A stretch of 64,000 nt of DNA from Methanobacteriota archaeon (GCA_963720465.1 OY970393.1:514893-578892); one strand, 5' to 3'. Positions 28,368 through 38,352 are shown, numbered from the stretch's first letter. The notes: generated by a model from the sequence alone, not told the origin. Numbers and translations are program-made.

Positions 28368-29453
28368 ATGCCGGAAAAGCCTAAGGCCAGACTCTCTCGC
28401 TTGAATGAGCTGTTGACGCTATGGATATTCCTAGCGATGGTCACAGGGGTTCTTCTCGGCTACCTCATCCCCGGCATCCCTGCCGCGCTCAGCAGCTTGC
28501 AGGTCGGCACGACCTCCATCCCGATCGCCATCGGACTCATCGTGATGATGTATCCGCCGCTGGCGAAGGTGCGTTACGAGGAACTGGGACTCGTCTTTCG
28601 GAATACCAAGGTCTTAGGCTTAGCGCTGGTGCTGAACTGGGTGGTCGCGCCGCTCTTTATGTTCGCGTTGGCCGTCATCTTTCTGAGGAGCTATCCCGAA
28701 TACATGATCGCGCTCATCCTCATCGGCATCGCGCCGTGCATCGCTATGGTCATCGTCTGGAACAGCCTCGCCGGTGGCGATTCTGAATATGCAGCGGCAC
28801 TTGTCGCCCTCAACTCCATCTTTCAGGTACTTTTCTACTCTGCTTACGCCTACTTCCTCATCACAATACTGCCGCAGTGGCTGGGCATCTTCCAAGAGGC
28901 GACCGTGGTCAACGTGTCGATCGGAGCGATCGCAACGACCGTGGCAATCTATCTCGGCATCCCCTTTGTTGCCGGGATGCTGGCGCGGTATGCCGGGCTG
29001 AGGCTCAAAGGGCGCGAATGGTACGAGACACGTTTTGTTCCAAAGATCGGGCCCGTGACGTTGCTTGCCCTGTTGTATACCATCGTCATTATGTTCTCGC
29101 TCAAGGGAAGTTACATCATAATCTCCCGCTTGAGTGGTTCGGATCGCGATCTCGTTGCTCGTGTACTTCATCGTCATGTTCTTTGCGACCTTTTACCTGT
29201 GCCGGTGCCTCAGGGTTAATTGCGCCCAAACAACTACGCTCGCGTTCACCGCGGCGAGCACAACTTTGAGCTTGCGATAGCGGTGGCGGTGGCTGTGTTC
29301 GGCATAAGCTCAGGTCAAGCGTTTACTGCCGTCATCGGGCCGTTGATTGAAGTTCCCGTGCTTATCGGTCTCGTGAACGTAGCGCTCTGGTTTTCTATTT
29401 TTTTTCCCACTGGCGAACCGAAAAGCAGGGGCGCAGAAATTCGCATGCCTTGA
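28368..29453 (+). pseudogene. acr3: ACR3-family arsenite efflux permease, interrupted by compensating frameshifts near 29125-29265
   Basis: 28368..~29126 and 29220..29453 share one frame and read as the ACR3 N- and C-terminal parts (..[43 protein letters not shown]). The missing middle, [42 protein letters not shown], is encoded in another frame (29134..~29262), and LPLE appears in the third frame. Confidence 0.75.
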
Positions 29454-29907
29454 GCGCGCCCAAGAATTGCACAGAAGCACTCGGAGCGCCACACAGATGG
29501 TTAAAGGTATGGTTGGTGCTCTCAGTAGTTTATCAAGAAAGTGCCTGTACTAAAGCTCCGCCGCTTTTTAGCCCATAAGGGCAATTCGACGGGAGCTTGC
29601 GGCCTAAAGAGAGCAGAGCAGGTTTCCACCACAAAAAAAAGACGTGAAGCATATCGCCCCCTTGAGGGGACACCAGCTCCTGCTGAGTGATGCGGCACAG
29701 CTATCATTAACATTTTTTTGACTGTTTGAGAGAAACGCCCTAACCTAAAGATAACGATATTGCGACACCGTGTTCAACGAAGGGGGCACCGTCCACCAGG
29801 ATGGCCATGTTTTGTGTGCAACTTGATTACAGGCCTTTCATCAGATTGCGCTGGTGAAAAATGCGGGCGAACAGCACAAAGACAATGCTAAAGCCGATAA
29901 GGACGGC

Positions 29908-30588
29908 TCAACCGAGCAGAAGCGGGATCGCGGCGCTTCCCAGCAAACCGAGGTCAAACCCGTTAACAAGGTACGTTATCGGCGAACAGTACACGGCTAC
30001 TCTTGCGACCCCCTGGAGGCTCGCAATCGGCACAAATATGCCGCTGATGAAGATCAGGGGAAACCGGACGAGGCTTGAGAGCATCATAACATTGGAGGGG
30101 TTTGTACTCGCCGGAGACGCGAGGAGCACGCCGAGAGCTGAGAAACAGAACGCGCCTAACAGCAGGCTTATAGCGATCAGGAGAACCCCTGAGAGGCTCA
30201 CAGAATAGCCGAACGCCGCTGTTCCCGCGGCTAAGATGATGACGTTGATGATGATGCCGTATAGCATGCCTGCGACAACGTCCCCGAGAATCAGAGTGTT
30301 GACGGTCACGGGGAAAGAGAGCAGCCGCTCGTAGGTGCCTGCCCGCTTCTCCCACGGGGTGATCAAAGGGCCGACGGATGAGGCGACGAAGAAAACGAAC
30401 ATTGCTGCAAGTCCAGGGAAGAGGGTGTGAAGGTCAGCGCTCCTGCCGAGGTAGAACGCGAGGAACATGAACAGGGGGAACAGAAAGCCGAACATGAGCA
30501 CTGGCGGCTTCGTGTAGTAAATCCGCATGTCCTTCTCCGCGATGAGCGCTATGCTGCGAAGGTAACCACTAAGGGCATCATAGGGCAT
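29908..30588 (-). CDS. ABC-2 type exporter permease
   Basis: 226-aa six-helix membrane protein. It overlaps the stop of the ATPase gene by 11 nt, the typical ABC-2 arrangement. Confidence 0.65.
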   Translation of the reverse strand: MPYDALSGYLRSIALIAEKDMRIYYTKPPVLMFGFLFPLFMFLAFYLGRSADLHTLFPGLAAMFVFFVASSVGPLITPWEKRAGTYERLLSFPVTVNTLILGDVVAGMLYGIIINVIILAAGTAAFGYSVSLSGVLLIAISLLLGAFCFSALGVLLASPASTNPSNVMMLSSLVRFPLIFISGIFVPIASLQGVARVAVYCSPITYLVNGFDLGLLGSAAIPLLLG

Positions 30589-31536
30589 GCGCTTTGCCCT
30601 CCGTCAAGGAAACGAAGACGTCTTCCAGACTGGCACCTTCGATGCTTAACGCGGTGAAAGAAAGCTTCTCTCTCTCGGCAAGAGCGAAAATGTATTTAGC
30701 TAGCGCATCGGGGTCATCGGTGTACAAGCGCCACTTGTCGCCCACCTTTTCCGTTCGGTTCACCAAGCCGCTGCGTTCGATCGCACCTATATCTGTGGGT
30801 GTATCAAATGCGACCTCAACGGACTGAGCCTCTTTAAACGCCGTCTTCAGGCGTTCAGGGGTATCAATAGCAGCAAGCGTTCCGCGGTTGATAATGCCAA
30901 CCCGGTCGCACAGAGTATTCGCCTCCTCGATGTTGTGGGTCGTTAAGAACACCGTCGTTCCGCACGGTTCATTTCTCTGATGATGGTGCGAATAAGACGT
31001 TGGCTGTGCACGTCGAGTCCCGAGGTGGGTTCGTCGAGGAAGAGCACCTGCGGGATGTGCACGAGCGCACTGGCGATGAGCACGCGCTGTTTCATGCCCT
31101 TAGAGAACTCCTCGACACGATCGTTTTTTCTCTCAGAGAGTTCAAACTGTTCTAAGAGCTGATCCGTGCGTTCCTCAACCGCCTTCCGACGCATACCGTA
31201 GAACCGCCCCGCGAGAACGACGTTCTGTTTGGCCGTCAAGTCGGTGTACACGTTGCTCATCTCGGGGATGATACCCATTTGCATCTTTGCAGCGATTGGA
31301 TGCTTTTGTATGTCAATCCCGCCGATGCGGATCTCCCCAGCATCTGGCGTGAGTATACCCGTGAGCATTCTGATGGTCGTCGTCTTACCGGCACCGTTTG
31401 GGCCGAGAAACCCGAACAGTTCACCTCCGGGAACGCTGAACGAGATATCGTCGACAGCGGTGATAGTGCCGAATCGCTTTGCTAACCCGCTAACTGCGAT
31501 CACTTCGGGCCGTTCTTGTTTCATTTCGCTCTCCAA
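30578..31536 (-). pseudogene. ABC transporter ATP-binding protein, split by a single-base frameshift at ~30950
   Basis: 30943..31536 carries Walker A GPNGAGKTT, the Q-loop, a signature-like FSKGMKQR and Walker B LFLDEPTSGLD. 30578..30952 continues with the H-loop region (FLTTHNIEEA). The junction reads AACCGTGCGGAACGACGGTG; one extra G (GCGGGAACG) would restore ..EMNRAGTTVFLTTHN... Confidence 0.75.
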
Positions 31537-31617
31537 CTAAGTCCGGCGTCCTTAATAAATCTGGCAATGCTTATATATCATTGCTGTATATAACAGCGGC
31601 GTATACTAAGAAACACC

Positions 31618-31983
31618 ATGTGCAATCAAAGCAACTGCAACTGTTGGCAATATCCAGAGCGAAGCTGGATACAGTTCCTCATCCTCCGAATCCTCTATGA
31701 AACCCCCACCTATGGATATCAGCTCCTCACCGAGATCGACGAACGGAGCTGCGGCTGTCACAAGCTTGAACCCGGCAGCATCTACACGGCGTTACGACGG
31801 ATGGAGGACAAGGGGTTGCTGGCTTCAACGTGGGAGAAGGGAAATTCCGGCCCTGATAGGAGAGTGTACACGGTGACTGAGAAGGGCTCTGCCTTCCTTG
31901 AGGCGGGACTGAGCACGATGGTACGGAGAAAACAACTCTTTGACGATTTAATAGGGTTCTACGAACGGCGTTTTAGGCCATAG
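31618..31983 (+). CDS. padR: PadR-family transcriptional regulator
   Basis: 121 aa. ILRILYETPTYGYQL...GSIYTALRRMEDKGLLASTWE...RRVYTVTEKG is the canonical PadR winged helix. Divergent from the ABC exporter. There is an extra Cys-rich N-terminus, CNQSNCNC. Confidence 0.8.
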   Translation: MCNQSNCNCWQYPERSWIQFLILRILYETPTYGYQLLTEIDERSCGCHKLEPGSIYTALRRMEDKGLLASTWEKGNSGPDRRVYTVTEKGSAFLEAGLSTMVRRKQLFDDLIGFYERRFRP

Positions 31984-32004
31984 TGCAAAGGAGGTGAACG
32001 ATAC

Positions 32005-32238
32005 ATGTGCGAACAAAATAGTTGTTCAGTTGAGGATTGCGGTTGTGGCTGCAGCTGCGATTGCAGCTACGGCACGCATCACCATCACGGGCACCACTTG
32101 GGTATGGGAATGAGTATGGAGCCCCCAGTGCCATTGATGGACGTTGGTGAAGAAATCAAAATGCTCGAAGAGTATAGAGACGCCCTCAATACGCATCTCG
32201 AAAAAGTCAACAAGCGGCTTGAGGGGCTAAAGCGCTGA
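32005..32238 (+). CDS. Cys/His/Met-rich small protein with C-terminal coiled coil (putative metal-binding)
   Basis: 77 aa. MCEQNSCSVEDCGCGCSCDCSYGTHHHHGHHLGMGMSM is followed by a helical EEIKMLEEYRDALNTHLEKVNKRLEGLKR. It starts 21 nt after padR. Confidence 0.6.
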   Translation: MCEQNSCSVEDCGCGCSCDCSYGTHHHHGHHLGMGMSMEPPVPLMDVGEEIKMLEEYRDALNTHLEKVNKRLEGLKR

Positions 32239-32343
32239 AACAACGAAACAACCTACCCTCTACGCCACAATAGTCACGGAGCGCTTTGTAATTCTAGAGA
32301 GAGCGGCGGGGTTCGCCGCGATGTGTCTGAATAAGTTGTGCGG

Positions 32344-34779
32344 CTATATCATATCACCGCGCCCTGGACGACCGGGCCGCACTTTATACCCCCGCAATCG
32401 CAAGGAGTTGGCAACAACTGAGACGGAGCTGAACGCCATTGCAGCTGCAGCGAATTCAGGTCGAAGAAACCCTAGCGCGGCAATGGGGATCCCGACTGAG
32501 TTGTAAACGAGGGCCCACCCGAAGTTTTGCCGAATGGTGCGCATCGTCTTTTTTGAGAGTTGAATACTGGCAACGACGTCCTCAAGATCAGCCTTTATGA
32601 GCGTAATGTCTGAGGCTTCGATTGCGATATCCGTGCCAGTTCCCATGCTAATGCCGATATCTGCCTCGGCTAAAGCCGCCGCGTCGTTGATGCCGTCGCC
32701 TACCATTGCTACCTTGTGACCCCCTTCCCTGAGCGAGGCTATTTCCGCTACTTTGCCTGCAGGAAGAACCTCGTACCGCACAGTGCCGATTCCAATCCGT
32801 TTTGCTACGGCAAGGGCCGACGTCTGATTGTCCCCAGTCACCATCGCCGTTTTAATTCCCATGTCCTGCAATTCAGCGACGACTCCTGAGGCCTCATCTC
32901 GTACGGTATCAGCAAGTGCGATGCCGCCTTCCAGTGTGTGGTCAACCGCGAGTAGCATGACCGTCTTCCCTTCAGCCTCAAGTTCCCGAATTGTCGGTTC
33001 GAGGGTAACGTCCACGCCGTGGGCGCTCATGAGCATTCGGTTGCCAAGGAGCACCTGCGTGCCATCCACTGAGGCGATGACCCCTTCACCCATAACTGCT
33101 CTAAACTCCCGTGGTTCCGTCGTCTCGATGTGTTCATCACGGGCGCGCCGAATCACGGCCTGCGCGAGGGGATGTTCAGACCCCCGTTCCGCACTTGCGG
33201 CGAGGCGGAGGATGTCTGTCTCGGTGAGGGGAACGTCGTGAGCATCGCTGATAGCGACATCAGTTACTACAAGCTCCGCCTTCGTGAGCGTTCCTGTCTT
33301 GTCAAACACGATGGTGTCGATGTGCTCAGCGCTCTCGAGGTACTCACCACCTTTGATGAGGATGCCGTTCTCAGCACCCAGCCCCGTGCCAACCATCACC
33401 GCAGTGGGCGTTGCGAGGCCCAGGGCACACGGACAGGCAATGACAAGCACCGAAACCGTGCGCAAAAGAGCAAGGTTGAACGGAATTCCGACGAACGTCG
33501 CCGCTGCAAGGGTGAGAAGCGCTGCAGCCACCACGCCCGGAACGAAGTAGTTTGAGGCCCTGTCTGCAAATCGCTGAATGGGAGCTTTTGACGTTTGCGC
33601 CATCTCGACGAGGCGAATAATCTGCGCAAGCGCCGTTCCCGCCCCGACTTTTGTCGCACGAACCTTCAGGAGCCCCTCGCGGTTGATCGTGGCCCCGATC
33701 ACCTCATCTCCGGGCTGCTTATCAGCCGGGACAGATTCTCCGGTCAACATGGACTCGTCAATCGCAGCGTGCCCATCGATAATGATGCCGTCAACGGGTA
33801 TTTTCTCGCCGGGGCGTACAATGACGACGTCTCCGATTTGGACATCATCTGCCGGTATGCGCGCCTCTACTCCATCCTTAACCACGTTGGCAAATTCAGG
33901 CTTCAGATGCAACAGCTTTCGGATGGCTTCGGATGTCCCGCCCTTGGCGCGCGCCTCAAGGTAGCGGCCAAGAAGAACGAATGCAAAAATGAAGACCGAC
34001 GTATCGTAGTAGGTGTCGCCGGGGATGATGAACGTTGCCGCCACGCTGTACGCGAAGGCCGCGAGCGTTCCCATGGAGATGAGGACGTCCATGTTCGCCC
34101 CCCTGTGCGCAATGGAGATGACTGCCCGTCGGTAAAAGCCATAGCCGATAATGACCATCACCGGGACGGTGACGGCAAACTGGAACACGGGAGCGGCGAA
34201 GAATGCTGGAATAATAGGGACGTAAGGCGCGAGAATTCCCAACAGAAGGGGGATCCCGAAGATAACGGTAAAGATGAACTGATTGCGATAGTGCGTTATC
34301 TCACGTTCTCGAAACGCCTTCTCCCGGTCGACCAGTTCAGCCTCTGCGCCGAAGGGCGGAGCTTCTATAACGTCATATCCCGTGCTTCGGATCGTCTGAA
34401 TAATCTTTTCCAACGTCACGATCGACGGATCGTAATCGATGACCGCTTGGGCAGTCACGGGGTTGATGCTCTGATCAATTACACCCTGGACGTCCTTAAG
34501 CGCGTTTTCGATGGTTGTAATACAAGCAACACACACAATGTCCGCGATTTCAAGCTCCGCTCGTTCTATGTCGACGTCATACCCCACATCTCGTATCGCC
34601 TCCACAAGCTGCTTCGGGGCTATCTGCTTCGGATCATACGTCACCGTTGCGCGCTCTAAAGCAAAGTTGACGTTCGCCTTCGTGACCCCCTCTTGGTCCG
34701 AGAGTTGCTTCTCAATGGTAAGCGCGCACATCGTGCACGTCATGCCGAGTACTTTAAAAGTTATGGTGGTTTCAGCCAT
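32344..34779 (-). CDS. copA: copper-translocating P1B-type ATPase
   Basis: 811 aa. Two N-terminal HMA domains ([24 protein letters not shown]), TGES, CPC ([12 protein letters not shown]), DKTGTLT, HP and GDGINDAP-like [10 protein letters not shown]. Confidence 0.85.
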   Translation of the reverse strand: MAETTITFKVLGMTCTMCALTIEKQLSDQEGVTKANVNFALERATVTYDPKQIAPKQLVEAIRDVGYDVDIERAELEIADIVCVACITTIENALKDVQGVIDQSINPVTAQAVIDYDPSIVTLEKIIQTIRSTGYDVIEAPPFGAEAELVDREKAFREREITHYRNQFIFTVIFGIPLLLGILAPYVPIIPAFFAAPVFQFAVTVPVMVIIGYGFYRRAVISIAHRGANMDVLISMGTLAAFAYSVAATFIIPGDTYYDTSVFIFAFVLLGRYLEARAKGGTSEAIRKLLHLKPEFANVVKDGVEARIPADDVQIGDVVIVRPGEKIPVDGIIIDGHAAIDESMLTGESVPADKQPGDEVIGATINREGLLKVRATKVGAGTALAQIIRLVEMAQTSKAPIQRFADRASNYFVPGVVAAALLTLAAATFVGIPFNLALLRTVSVLVIACPCALGLATPTAVMVGTGLGAENGILIKGGEYLESAEHIDTIVFDKTGTLTKAELVVTDVAISDAHDVPLTETDILRLAASAERGSEHPLAQAVIRRARDEHIETTEPREFRAVMGEGVIASVDGTQVLLGNRMLMSAHGVDVTLEPTIRELEAEGKTVMLLAVDHTLEGGIALADTVRDEASGVVAELQDMGIKTAMVTGDNQTSALAVAKRIGIGTVRYEVLPAGKVAEIASLREGGHKVAMVGDGINDAAALAEADIGISMGTGTDIAIEASDITLIKADLEDVVASIQLSKKTMRTIRQNFGWALVYNSVGIPIAALGFLRPEFAAAAMAFSSVSVVANSLRLRGYKVRPGRPGRGDMI

Positions 34780-34940
34780 ACGTAGATCGTTTATTTTAGG
34801 TGTAGCCCGTCACGATTTGCAATTATCGTCAACACGCTTTATTGCTTTTATCACTTTTTCACTCGAAAAACGTTTCACGCAGCGTGTGAGACTTGCCGCG
34901 TTCTTCCATCCCAAAACCATTTGTACGTGTCATCCTCGAT

Positions 34941-35147
34941 CTACGAGTTGCGCAAATTTTCCGATGGTTTGATGGCGGCAGTTCGCCTTGCCAACAAGTA
35001 CGAGACAAGCAAAGAGACGGCAAACACAAGGACAAAGTACCCTCCGATGGTCGTTGGCGAAAGGGCAAGCGGGATACTGGCTGTTAAGCAAATAAGCCAA
35101 ACCGTTTTTTGCTCTCCTAATTGCGGGCCGCGACTGTAGCGGGCCAA
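34941..35147 (-). CDS. possible small two-TM membrane protein upstream of copA
   Basis: 68-aa track ORF on the same strand as copA. The hydrophobic stretches WLICLTASIPLAL and GGYFVLVFAVSLLVSYLL look membrane-like. It has only a TTG start and no family. Confidence 0.25.
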   Translation of the reverse strand: MARYSRGPQLGEQKTVWLICLTASIPLALSPTTIGGYFVLVFAVSLLVSYLLARRTAAIKPSENLRNS

Positions 35148-35218
35148 TCGCCTGCGACCGATACGTCCGCTGAGTTAGTGTATTAAACGTTAAGAACACA
35201 AGGTACCGCGAGGTAAAA

Positions 35219-35359
35219 ATGCCAAAAGATCCCGTTTGCAACATGGACGTAGATGAAACGACGGCGAAGTACTTCAGCGAATACAAGGGCAAGAAGTATT
35301 TTTTTTGCGCTCCTGGCTGCAAGGCGATGTTCGACAGAGATCCGGAGAAATTCGCTTAA
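35219..35359 (+). CDS. YHS/TRASH-domain small metal-binding protein (not in the ORF track, 46 aa)
   Basis: Own translation: MPKDPVCNMDVDETTAKYFSEYKGKKYFFCAPGCKAMFDRDPEKFA. The C-x-M...YFFC-x2-C-x3-F-x3-P-x-F pattern is the YHS/TRASH signature. Divergent from copA. Confidence 0.7.
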   Translation: MPKDPVCNMDVDETTAKYFSEYKGKKYFFCAPGCKAMFDRDPEKFA

Positions 35360-35528
35360 GCCCCGGATCGTGCCAAACTACCGAACTGCCAGTCGCGCTT
35401 TTTTTGACGAGAATCTGCCAAAAGCTAACATCATCTATCTGCTGATTCGACGGACCTAAGACTTATGCAAGCGAGATTGGCACCTGCGGAGCGATAAAAG
35501 AATGGATAGGAGGTGAGGGCCCACTCTT

Positions 35529-36225
35529 TCATGTGGCAGTACCTTGAACATCATCCGGGCCGCCACTGCCCATGTGCTCCTGCATCTCTTGCTGCATGCT
35601 AGTGAGCGCAGCGTTAGTCAGCTGGTAACCCATGTACGGCCCCATGCCATCACCGTTTCCGCTGTACGTGTGCATATCGTTCCACATGTCCTGCCACATG
35701 TTTTGCTGGTACGGCGCTTGCCCGACAGCACCGCCTGTGATGACCATCATATAGTTCGGCATGAGCGGCGAGGCACCATATTCCACGGCTGCTCCGTGTC
35801 GTGCACTCGCGTTAAACCCTGACCACGCGGTCGCGTTCTGCTGTACTACAGCATACCCTTGCCCGGTGAACATGGTTCTCAACGACAGGAACTGTGCCTG
35901 CGCAGCTTGTGTATTGTTCCACGCTTGAACGCTCACGGTATAGGTGCCGTTGTTATCGCGCACCGTGCCGTTATACATAGCTACACCTGCTTGTGAGCCA
36001 GTTTGTAGTGAAAACGGCGTCACCACGGTAAAGTTCAGCCGTTGCATCGTGGTCGTAATGTACTGGCTCACGTTTTGTAGTGCAGCCGTCGTTGTGGTTG
36101 TTGCCGTAGCGCTAGTGCTAGGCGTGGGCGTTGGTGAAGACGTCGTAGGGCTCGTACACCCCGCAGCGAGAACAGCTGCGAGGATCACTACCGCTAACGT
36201 CCCTGCTAAAAACGATTTTTTTCAT
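35529..36225 (-). CDS. secreted/lipobox-type protein with Thr/Ser-rich linker; the start region is out of frame at an A7 run
   Basis: The track ORF starts at GTG 36188 (MILAAVLAAGCTSPTTSSPTPTPS...). ATG at 36225 followed by A7 is one base out of frame; with A6 it would read MKKSFLAGTLAVVILAAVLAAGC, a canonical signal peptide plus Cys. Confidence 0.55.
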
Positions 36226-36255
36226 GGTAAGCCCTCTTCACAATTCGTGTCTATG

Positions 36256-37116
36256 CTAGTAAAGCATAGCCGCAGCTTTAGATATTGGGAGCGTCAGAGC
36301 GTTATCCGCAGCCCGTCCGCCGCGATACGAGCGGAAGTTATACGTTAAGCAGCCCTTACCGCTGAGGATTGCCTTCACCACGTCACCCGCTTTCAAGGCG
36401 TAGTTTCCAAATCGAAAAGCGTTCCCTGCAATCTTTGGGTCATTTGAATAGACGATCAATCCTAGCTTCACATTGTTCCCTCCTTGTATCCCAGGAATGA
36501 CGGCAAACCCTCCCTGCCCGTGCCCCTCTTTGACCGGATCGACGGCCGTCATCTCTTCGGGAAATGCGAAGAGCGTTTGACACGTTCGTACCGCGCCGAA
36601 TCCCGCCGTTTGCAACCACGCGATCACCTGCGTTACTGAGTAAAAACGTGCGTGTCGATAAAACGTACTCTCGCCCTTTTTCGCTTCGTAGGACTTCCCG
36701 ACGGGGCTGTCCTTGTCAATCATCCCTATTACGATGCACCCTCTGGGTTTCAGAACTCTCTTCGCTTCTCGAAGAGCCTGCACTGGGTCGATAAGAAAAC
36801 AGAGCGTGGTTACCATCGCGACAAAATCGAACGACTCATTGTCGAACGGCAGTACTTCCGCTCCCGTTTCATACACACGTATTCCGCGTTGCCGAGCTAT
36901 CGATGCCATAGCGTGCGCCGGTTCCACCCCGACTTTGATGCCAACGTGAGAAGCAAAGCGTCCAGTGCCGACGCCCACCTCAAGCCCTTTGCCACCCTGT
37001 GGGAGAAGGCTTCGGACTGCTAACACTTCTGACTCGTAGGCATAGGTGTGAGTCTCAAACCACCGATCGTATTCAAGAGCATGCTTCTCAAAAACGCGGA
37101 TGTTATGATCTCGCAT
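36256..37116 (-). CDS. class I SAM-dependent methyltransferase fused in frame to a truncated DsrE-like segment
   Basis: The N-terminal ~200 aa carry LEVGVGTGRF and a Methyltransf_11-like core. Residues ~215-255 (KLGLIVYSNDPKIAGNAFRFGNYALKAGDVVKAILSGKG) parallel the N-terminus of the DsrE-like ORF at 49534..49854, and the sequence diverges afterwards. Confidence 0.6.
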   Translation of the reverse strand: MRDHNIRVFEKHALEYDRWFETHTYAYESEVLAVRSLLPQGGKGLEVGVGTGRFASHVGIKVGVEPAHAMASIARQRGIRVYETGAEVLPFDNESFDFVAMVTTLCFLIDPVQALREAKRVLKPRGCIVIGMIDKDSPVGKSYEAKKGESTFYRHARFYSVTQVIAWLQTAGFGAVRTCQTLFAFPEEMTAVDPVKEGHGQGGFAVIPGIQGGNNVKLGLIVYSNDPKIAGNAFRFGNYALKAGDVVKAILSGKGCLTYNFRSYRGGRAADNALTLPISKAAAMLY

Positions 37117-37172
37117 AAGCTACATCTTTACATTAATGCTCAGATTAATTATAACGCATAGCGGCCCCCCCT

Positions 37173-37424
37173 TTGGGAAGGCGTGTCCATGGAATAGACA
37201 TCAGCATCATAGCGCACGATCTCCTGTGGAGGCGTATGTCGATCGGAAGGAAACAGGAATACGTTAAGAGTTGGGGTGCTCTCAGAGATAAGATCGTGGA
37301 GGAGGAGACGGCACGTCTGATTGATGACGGATATGCCATTCTTCACGACAACGATCTTGAGTTAACGTCAGAGGGCAATGCCCTCTACAAGAGAATGACA
37401 AGCCGGTGCCCCAAGACGGAGTAG
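37173..37424 (+). CDS. hypothetical protein
   Basis: 83-aa track ORF. The internal ATG (MSIGRKQEY...) is perhaps the real start. No family recognised. Confidence 0.3.
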   Translation: MGRRVHGIDISIIAHDLLWRRMSIGRKQEYVKSWGALRDKIVEEETARLIDDGYAILHDNDLELTSEGNALYKRMTSRCPKTE

Positions 37425-37428
37425 TGCA

Positions 37429-37722
37429 ATGAAAGCGTACGACGTGAAGACGTTGAGACCGTGCAGAAGTGGAGGGATAATCGTAGAGGGACATTTCAGA
37501 AGGAAGTTCTCCATGCACGAGTTATGTTCATTATTAATGGGTGTAGCAAAGTGCTCGGAAACACTAGGGGTCGCACGGTTTTCCCACGAAGGGTGTGACA
37601 TCACGATCTACAGAAACGGGCGAGTTGACGTGCACGGGGTTACTTCTGAAGAAGAGGCAATTGAATTTATCAACGACATAAAACTCATTGTCGAAGATGC
37701 TTTTGTTGATCAGTTCATCTAG
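37429..37722 (+). CDS. hypothetical protein
   Basis: 97-aa ORF starting 4 nt after the previous one. The segment ITIYRNGRVDVHGVTSEEEAIEFI resembles the beta-beta-alpha unit at the C-termini of some ThiF-like enzymes and in TBP-like folds. Not verified. Confidence 0.4.
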   Translation: MKAYDVKTLRPCRSGGIIVEGHFRRKFSMHELCSLLMGVAKCSETLGVARFSHEGCDITIYRNGRVDVHGVTSEEEAIEFINDIKLIVEDAFVDQFI

Positions 37723-37852
37723 ACCAGTGTTTCAACGAGTTCAACTGCATCCCGGACAAACGCCGGACATCGTGCCACGACGACTTTGCTCTTTTTTGCC
37801 TCAGCAACCTGTTGCGGGTCTGACAGGTTATATTCGAGCAGTCTTGTGCATT

Positions 37853-38352
37853 CTATTGAGCCATTGCGGACAAACCCGCACCCGTGCGCCATGTATTGCG
37901 CAGTGACAGTTCGCTGAAGCGCCACCCGTCGTAGGTGCGCCACTGCCAGCACATGGAATACCCCTCCGGCGACGAAGTGAGTTTGAAGTGAATTGGGGTC
38001 GCTCTCCTCGTTGGACCATAAATGCATTGCCGTCAGGTTTGCCCGCAGCCGCGCAGCGTCGCCGTCGAAATCGATGACGTGGTCGGTGATGATGTGGTGG
38101 GTCGCGCGAAAGCGGGCGAAACTTTTGTTCTGACCATTGAGAATGGCCTCTCGGCCTGCGAGCGCCACACCATTGGGACGAACTAGGCGGCCATTGGTCG
38201 TGAACGTTGCGTCCACTGTCGCGGTCGAGGCGCTTACCGTCAATCGCGCTAAAATAGCGGCTCAGCAAATCGACGATCTTCGCGCGTTCAGCAAACACAG
38301 TTGCGTCTGTGGTCGTGGTTTGTTTTTGTTGCTTTACTACTTCTTCATTCAT
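37853..38352 (-). pseudogene. SnoaL-like / NTF2-fold protein disrupted by two frameshifts
   Basis: Three frames each carry a consecutive part. N-terminus: ..AKIVDLLSRYFSAIDGKRLD (frame of 37828..38352). Middle: ..ATFTTNGRLV...FARFRATHHIITDHVIDFDGDAARLRANLTAMHLW...HFVAGGVFHVLAV (frame of 37719..38243). C-terminus by own translation in the third frame: RTYDGWRFSELSLRNTWRTGAGLSAMAQ, stop at 37853. Confidence 0.65.

Noticed and set aside
28421-29269. Alternate-frame ORFs within acr3 (121, 185, 75 and 130 aa)
   Set aside because: Only short parts of them (LPLE, VVRIAI...TAAS) are meaningful, and only as frameshifted pieces of ACR3. The rest is Arg/His-rich nonsense.
30940-30960. Programmed ribosomal frameshift in the ABC ATPase
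   Set aside because: There is no slippery heptamer or downstream structure. The lesion is a one-base shortening of a G run, and other accessory genes carry similar lesions.
32828-34659. Long antisense ORFs inside copA (137, 141, 128 and 354 aa)
   Set aside because: The 811-aa CopA frame carries every P1B-ATPase motif. The antisense ORFs are Arg/Ser/Pro-rich shadows.
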